Shown in pieces: positions 5,948 to 6,011 of a DNA stretch of 6,011 nucleotides. The DNA is from Octopus sinensis. Lineage: Eukaryota. The translations under genes and the position numbers were made by a program. The notes under the pieces were generated by a model. The model did no database searches. It was given only the letters and a program-made list of their open reading frames with translations, and was not told the origin of the DNA. The DNA lies in the NCBI RefSeq assembly GCF_006345805.1, contig NW_021829549.1:1-6011 (forward strand), written 5' to 3'. How positions within the stretch are numbered: position 1 is the first letter of the stretch; each line of letters starts with the position of its first letter.

Positions 5948-6011
5948 CCTACAAGGATCTCTCACTCCATCTCACTCCACTCCATCCTGCCCGCGGTATC
6001 GCCCCATGGGT

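Noticed and set aside
1-6011. CRISPR array or prokaryotic operon
   Set aside because: There are no regularly spaced repeat-spacer units or gene-dense organisation, and the composition is eukaryotic.

Overview
AT-rich, microsatellite-dense eukaryotic DNA, probably intronic or intergenic. The SINE and MITE sequences resemble octopus (coleoid cephalopod) repeats, but that assignment is from recall, not a search. No protein-coding gene is recognisable, and the supplied ORFs are mostly (TA)n/(TG)n/(CA)n artefacts. Well-supported features are a ~95% identical foldback (398-533 / 556-686), a complete tRNA-derived SINE (4415-4717), a short SINE 3' fragment (1271-1325, minus), a decayed Tc1/mariner MITE (5311-5538) and many microsatellites. 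The main discovery is that each foldback arm contains a minimal type I hammerhead ribozyme fold. Its core reads GUGAACA rather than CUGANGA, a compensatory G3-C8 swap of the C3-G8 pair, plus one extra G after A9. The plus copy also has a palindromic AAUAUU helix III of the kind used by dimeric Penelope-like-element hammerheads. A standard CUGANGA motif search would miss it. Several candidate exons are listed at low confidence only.
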